Source: Octopus vulgaris
Lineage: Eukaryota
NCBI GenBank assembly: GCA_951406725.2
Contig: OX597829.1
Location: forward strand, 620,001 to 684,000
Direction: 5' to 3'
DNA: 64,000 nt
A program made the position numbers and the translations under genes. This document shows, one piece after another, positions 57,204-64,000 of this stretch. The stretch's first letter is position 1. Each line of letters opens with the position of its first letter. A model generated the notes under the pieces. That model was not told where the DNA came from. It ran no database searches and worked only from the letters and a program-made list of their open reading frames with translations.

Positions 57204-58389
57204 GTGTGTGTGTGTGTCTATATGCACATATATGCAGATATGCTTCACACTTCCTTTGAATATGAGTATGTAAATATATATATATATATATATATACAAC
57301 AAGCATATAAATATTGCATATATACGTACTCGTATATACATCCTTGCATGCATACATACAAACATATATATACGTATATATATATATGTGTGTGTATATA
57401 TATATACACACACACTTATATACATATATACATACATACATATATACATACTTATATATATATGTATGTACATATATATATGTATGTACATATATATGTA
57501 TATACATACTGTACTTGCATATATTTATGTATAGTGTCTAAAAATTAGATTACTATGGACGTGTGCATTTAAACCTACCTACCTAATATTTCTACATGTT
57601 TTGTTTTTATTTTTGTCTTTATTTCTTATATTTTATTGTAATTTTCAATTATTGTGTTTTTTACTTTATATTATATTTTCCCGATGACCACGACGACGAC
57701 GACGTCGAATAGAACGTTAGTGGGGATGACGACGAGGAGACTGATGATAATAAATAATAACCGAGTAAGAGACGCGTGAAGAGGAAAATGAAATATGAAT
57801 ATGGGGGAGGGAGTATTAGTAGGAGGAAAAGAGGAAGATGAAGGAGGGGAGGAGGAGGAGGAGGAGGAATAGATATGGTGAGGTAGGAGATTGAGGAAAA
57901 GGAGAAGAAAAGGGATTGGTAGTATGGAAGAAGAAAAAATAATGTAGGGGATGAGGAGGTGGAAGATATGATGAAAGAGGAGGAGGAGGAGAGAGGAGGA
58001 GGAGAATATGAAGAAGCAGAAGGAGTAGGAGTAGGAGGATGGAAGAAGAAAATGGTGGAAAAGGTACATAATGAGGTGTACGAGAAGAAATTAAAAGTAA
58101 ATAAACTGAAAACGTTATGGTATTTAAAGAACGTGTATATATGAGCCCCATTTATAAATGTTACATACAGGAATGATATACAACTATATCTATATTGATT
58201 TTGACAAATTACCTATAGAGATGGACATATGTATGTTCGAAGAAATAACAAGTATAGGAACTGTTTGTGTATTCCGCTCAGCAGTGGTTAATCTCGAGTC
58301 ATTTTGATAGTCTTGAACGTATTTTTAAAGCTGAACGTTGTGGTTGACCGTAAAATCTTTGTTAAAGCTGAAAAATTCGATGCATTTTG

Positions 58390-58761
58390 TCTCGAGTGAG
58401 GGTCATTATGTTATTAATAAACACAGGTAATGGTTCTCCTTCATTTCTTTTTTCTTATTCATCAGTTGGTTAACTGTCTAATTATTGAACTAATCGATTG
58501 ATTAATCATTCCGATCAGTGAAACGGTAGGTTTGTCAAAGTCCTTTCAGCGGCATTCGAAGGCTATGCGATTGATGAGGTTACATATGGTAACAAAAGGC
58601 ATCGACAGACCTAGCCGATTGATTGATTGATTGATCGAACGATTAATCAAACAATAGATTAAATAATTGGTTAAATAGTTAACCAATTAAAGGATAAATT
58701 ATAAAGAAGTGAAAACGAACCAGTGCGTGTGCATATTATTGGCATAATGACCCTCTCGAGA
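58390..58761. mobile_element. Foldback MITE with long imperfect inverted repeats
   Basis: tctcgag..agggtcattatg at left and cataatgaccctctcgaga at right; inner pairs ttggttaact/agttaaccaa and tgattaatc/gattaatca. Confidence 0.65.
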
Positions 58762-59107
58762 TACAACAAGATATATTTCAGCAAACGGGTTCACAACAAG
58801 AAATTTAAGAATCAAATATAAAACATTCGACGCATGTTTTTTTTTCCCCCATCCATTTGTTTATAGCAGTGCTTAGAAATAAAATACGTAGAATGTGGTC
58901 ACCGCGTTCGTCCGGTCAGTGGTATTACTGTGATTTCATTTTTGAAAAGAGGAAAAAGTTGCAAGGTGCAAGATCTGGAGAATACGGTACTTGTCAGATC
59001 ATCAGAATGTAGTGCTTGGATGGAACCTCTTGTACAAGCAACGCTGAATGGGCATGCCACTGACCGGAAGCATGCGACGACCATAATCAACAGACCTTAC
59101 TTCCAAG

Positions 59108-59590
59108 TACAGGTCGTCGTCGAATTACGCCCTATCCGACTTACGACCAATCAACTTTACGACGATTACTGCGCCAGCTCCCGGCAGCAATAATAATCGG
59201 TCTACGAATATCTATTTCTTTACTACCCACAAGAGGCTAAACACAGAGATGACAAACAAGGACAGACAAACGGATTAAGTCAATTACAATGACCCCAGTG
59301 CGAAACTGGTACTTTATTTATCGACCCCGAAAGGATGAAAGGGAAAGTTGACCTCGGTGGAATTTGGACTCAGAACGTAACGGCAGAGACTTCGAATTTT
59401 TTTTACTAACGCCAGTATAATAGTATAATACAGAATGCTGTGTGTGACTTTTACCTGAAAATGTACCTTAAGAATGTAAAAATATAAAACAAAGCTTTGT
59501 ACGCCGATAGGCCGACTCACAACCAAATCGACTTACAACCAAATCGACTTACAACCAAATTGACTTACGACCAGTCAGTCGGAACCAGTC
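59108..59590 (+). mobile_element. Tigger/pogo-like MITE remnant, interrupted by SINE A (59213-59388, -)
   Basis: TA-caggtcgtcgtcgaattacg start; repeated cgacttac(a/g)acca motifs, including a 16-bp tandem at 59513-59573. Confidence 0.5.
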
Positions 59591-60120
59591 GTGGTCATGT
59601 ACTGCTACAAACAACAGAAACGAGCGAGAGTGTTTTAACACAGTGCGCATGCTCGACAGATTTCAAGGCCAATCTGTGCCAAGTGGCTTCATTCTTCGTA
59701 CTGTAGTTCCGTTATCATAGCAATAGATCCGATCCTTTTTATATCTGCCTTCTGTAATGTGAGAAAGAATAAGGAAATTTCATTCTTACGTTCGTATGAG
59801 CATGCGTGCATAGGGGACATACATGTTGCATGCATTTGGTGTCCAGATTCATATTTCACTTACAAGGATATGGTTGAACTCGAAACCGTAGCAAAGGAAA
59901 CAGAGCCAGAAGGATAACTCTGATAAAGAAGCCTGAGATGTATAACTCACTGAGTTCGTGGCAAACATTTACCCCCAACGATCTGCCATTTTCAAAATGC
60001 CGTGGCTGGTCCTGCTCGAACCTTTATTACCGAAGGCAAATGATATGTGTGTAGATATTGGTTACCAAGCCCTCATACACCGGAGACGACGTGTGTGCGT
60101 GTGAGTGTGTGTGTGTGTGT

Positions 60121-60198
<78 letters not shown>

Positions 60199-60920
60199 GT
60201 GTGTGTGTGTGTGTGCGTGTGAGTATGTGTGTGTGTGCGTGTTTGCGTGTATGTGTGTGTGTATGTGTGTGCGTGTGCTATCCTCCAGTAACATCTAACC
60301 TTATACACTTGTGACCTACTTCTGCCTGACCAACATGCTGTGACTTCCTACAAATAATGACAGCTTTGCACTACTTACCCTCATTCATCAACTAATATGC
60401 ATTTTCCCAGATGGACATAGACACACCTATACATATACATACATACATACGTACATACATACATGACAACCGCACATTCACACACCTATGTATTTATATA
60501 TAATTATGCGTAAATGTTTATGGCTTGTTCTATTCATAACAGTTTAGCCTTAATTCTTCACCCGAACAGTTTTCCACTTTCACCGTTGTTAATGGCAGTA
60601 AGTCAATCAGAAGTGTCACTTTATTAAATTATCATTAACACACGCTGGATAAAATGCTTTGCGACATCTTGTCTGTATTTACGTCCTGATTTCAAGTCCC
60701 GCAGAGGTCGATTTTGTCATTCATCCATTCGGAGTCGATGAAATAAGTACCAGTTATGCACTGGGGTCGTTATTATCAGTTTAACCTCTTCTCCTAAATA
60801 TTTCATGCCTTGTGCTCAGCGGTATTTCGTCTGCCGTTACGTTCTGAGTTCAAACTCCGCCGTTATCGACTTTGCCTTTTATCTTTTCGGGACCGATTAA
60901 ATAAGTTCCAGTTACGCACG

Positions 60921-61132
60921 TAGGAAGTCGGGGACAAGAAACAGGAAGAAAGAGTGAGAGAAAGTTGGAGCGAAAGAGTACAACAGGTGTCGCCACCACC
61001 CCCTGCCGGAGCCTTGTGGAGCTTTAGGTGTTTTTGCTCAATAAACACACACAACGCCCGGTCTGGGAATCGAAACCGCGATCCTCCGACCGCGAGTCCG
61101 CTGCCCTGACCATTAGGCCATTGCGCCTCCAC
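60921..61132 (-). mobile_element. SINE family D, 5' part
   Basis: Reverse complement of 27236-27435. Confidence 0.88.
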
Positions 61133-61329
61133 TGCTGCTGCTGTTGCTGTTGCTGTTATGCTTTGGTTTTGCTTTAATTTATACGAGTTGTTCCCAAATC
61201 TCAACCAGAGACGTCAACGGATTACAAGGTTTTGCTGCTGATGAATTTTTAACAGGTGAAGCGCCGCCATGCAACTGCAAACACTGTATTTTGGACAAAT
61301 CCATTATTATTTCTGGTTAGTTAAAATAT

Positions 61330-61580
61330 GTTTGTCACATATTTCAACAGCTGAAAGGCAAATTCACTGCAGTTACTGTGAAGAAAGATTCTCTCTTATG
61401 GTGAAAATGTCTAAAAACGTTTTTTTCTATTATTATCAAAATGAAGCATCCTGAACGCATTTCTAGCTCTTTAGTCATTATCAATGGGAAGTACCGAAGA
61501 GAGGCAACTTTGGACAGTCTTAGTGAAAGGCATAGCCTTAACTAAAGCACAGTCAACATTAACTTAGTTGCGCATTTAGA
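61330..61580 (-). mobile_element. Diverged copy of the 28.5-kb retrozyme family
   Basis: ttgtcacatatttcaac.gct.aaaggcaaat.cactgcagttac and tcaatg.ga.gtacc.aagagag.caact match 28780-28823 and 28612-28640; keeps TTGATAA core on the minus strand. Confidence 0.65.
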
Positions 61581-61771
61581 TCGCCATGTCGGAAGAAATT
61601 CAGTAGTATTTCCCATTGGTAACGGCTTTAAGAAAAAAAAAATAAACAATAGGATCATTTAAGTAGTTTATAGTACTATTGGCCCTACATCGGAGAGAGA
61701 CGATCTTTGATCAAAATTACAAATTACAAAGAGCTTGACGCTCTTTATATTATGTATAACAGTGAAGATGT

Positions 61772-61868
61772 GTCGACCTCGGCGGAATTTGAACTCAGAA
61801 CGTAACGCTAGACGAAATACCGCTAAACATTTAGCCCGACGTGCTAACGATTCTGCCAGCTCGCCGCC
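61772..61868 (-). mobile_element. SINE family A, 5' part
   Basis: gtcgacctcggcggaatttgaactcagaacg...ctgccagctcgccgcc. Confidence 0.88.
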
Positions 61869-62129
61869 TTAAGAGTGCCGATATATAGTAAGAAGAGTAC
61901 ATCTAAAGTGGATGCTTCATTTTGATAATAATCCGTGCGCTGACAGCGTGGAGTCATTAAAAACAATGATTAAAAAAAAAGTTTTATTTGCATAACAGCG
62001 TCTGTTGTATTTCGTTGCGCTTTACCTGCTTAACAGTGCATAACCTATATTTTACATCGTCCTTAAAGGATGGATTGCATCTTTGTGGCTGGTGCTAATG
62101 ATGATGAAGAAGAGTGGAAGCGATGACAT

Positions 62130-62660
62130 AGGTGTAAGGTAAAAAAAACCCGCTTTGAAACCACATGGTTTCCAGTTCTGACCCACTGGATACCATGGAA
62201 AAGTGTCTTCTACTATAGCCCCACGCGGGCCAATGCACCGCTGGGGTATTTGACAGTTGGAAATTTTATGGAAGTCCGTTGTCTATGGAGATGATGCTTT
62301 TAGCGAGACATAACCCCCTTACAGAGGCAAACTTGCGATTTCTTACCGCTACAGGATTTTTGTTGCTGTGGATCTTCCTGTAGTAGGGCTGGAACAGATA
62401 TGTGTGTGCGTGTATGTGTGTGTGCGTGTATGTGTGTGTGCGTGCGCATGTGTGTATGTGTGTGTGTGTGTACGTTTATTTGTGTCTGTACTTATATCTA
62501 TCCCTCATTGCTTGACAAATAACTAAGCGGTTTGGCAGTGGATTTCGATAGAATAAACGCTAGACCTAAAAGAAGAGTGTTGGGGTTGACTCGATCGATT
62601 AAACTCTTCAAGGTGGTAGTCCACCATGGTCGCAGGCTAATGACTGAAACAAGTGAAAGA
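62130..62660 (+). mobile_element. Old SINE family B copy
   Basis: ccacatggtt...aagtgtcttctactatagcc...tgactgaaacaagtgaaaga. Confidence 0.65.
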
Positions 62661-62667
62661 TACAGTA

Positions 62668-63220
62668 AATGATGATGATGATGAAGAGGAGGAGCAGGAG
62701 CATGAGGCGGAGAAGGAAGAGGCGGAGGAGGAAGACGAGGAGCGGGAGGAAAAGGAGAAAGGAGGAGGAGGAGAAAGAGGAGGAAGAGGATGTAGAGGAG
62801 GTAGGGGAGGAGAAGGAGGGGAGGAGAGGAGGGAGAGGCAGAAGAGGAGGAAGCGGAGGCAGAGGAAGCGACGGAGGAGGTGGAGGAGGAGGAGGAGGAG
62901 GAGGAAGGACGGAGGAGGAGGAGGACGGAGGAGGAGGAGGAAGGGGAGGAGGATAGTGATCACTACTATCACCTCTTTTGTTGACAACAATGACAACGGT
63001 TATGATGCTGAGGAGAAAGAAGAGGAGGAGGAGGTGGAGGCAGAAGAAGAAGAAGAAGAAGAAGAAGAAGAAGAAGAAGAAAAAGAAAAAGAAGAAGAAG
63101 AAGAAGAAGAAGAAGAAGAAGAAGAAGAAGAAGAAGAAGAAGAAGAAGAAGAAGAAGAAGAAGAAGAAGAAGAAGAGCGGTGGAGGAGGAGGACGAGTGG
63201 AAATGAGATGATGATGATGA
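62668..63220 (+). repeat. Polypurine (GGA/GAA)n tract
   Basis: Direct reading. Confidence 0.93.
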
Positions 63221-63346
63221 TGGCGTTTATGACTATAACTTATAAAAGCAACGATTACTAAACTTCGAAATCAAGTAAATCTCATTTTTCTGTCTCACCT
63301 TTTCACTATCTATCAATGTATCTATCTATATATATATATCTGTCTG

Positions 63347-63423
<77 letters not shown>

Positions 63424-63557
63424 TTATCTACCCATCCATCTGTCTGTCTCTGTTAGTCTATCTGTCTGCCCGTTTCCCTGTCTCTCTCTGCCTGTCTCTC
63501 TAATCTATCCGTCTGTCTACTTATCTCTGTCTATCTGTCTAACTCTCTCTCTCTCTG

Positions 63558-63595
<38 letters not shown>

Positions 63596-63956
63596 TTCAT
63601 CTATCCATCTATCTATCTATCACTATCTCGCCTAACAATTTTTCTAATTTGTTACACAAGATTGAAATTATTTTGTCGGAAATTGTTACACCTTCCCTCC
63701 CAACACACGCCACTCTTTAATGGCGTCTTTATATTTTGACAGGAATATTTCTGCTTGAAAGATAATCATTTAAACATAAGTCCTTTCAGTCAGTGAAATG
63801 TTAACTTCCTAAACTATTCTCATCCTAAACATGGTATCCTAACTAACGTTCGCAGCGCTCGTTCGCTGGGCAGATTCAATTAAAATGAATAGTTACTTAC
63901 TTAAACAGCCTTTGTAATGCCTGTACGGACACAAATACATCTATATAGGGACATTT

Positions 63957-64000
<44 letters not shown>

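Overview
AT-rich, repeat-saturated eukaryotic non-coding DNA. The SINE families and extreme microsatellite load suggest a coleoid cephalopod, most likely Octopus (inference). No intact host protein-coding gene, rRNA, tRNA or CRISPR is supported; nearly all ORFs in the track are translations of simple repeats. The window holds at least four tRNA-type SINE families in many copies, and decayed LINEs (R4/Dong-like restriction-like-endonuclease (RLE) elements inside (TAA)n arrays, CR1-like, RTE-like). It also holds a mariner remnant, hAT- and Tigger-like MITEs, kb-scale (TATG)n and (TTA)n arrays, and a 4.2-kb 13-bp minisatellite with 39-bp higher-order structure. The most notable signal is about 18 minimal type-I hammerhead ribozyme motifs of the Penelope/retrozyme type, read by eye on both strands. 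They lie in short non-coding elements embedded in (TA)n, several showing Penelope-style partial tandem or inverted ends and ~320-360-nt permuted monomers. Several carry compensatory core variants (U3:A8, A3:U8), and one follows a Penelope GIY-YIG C-terminus. All folds and alignments were done by hand.
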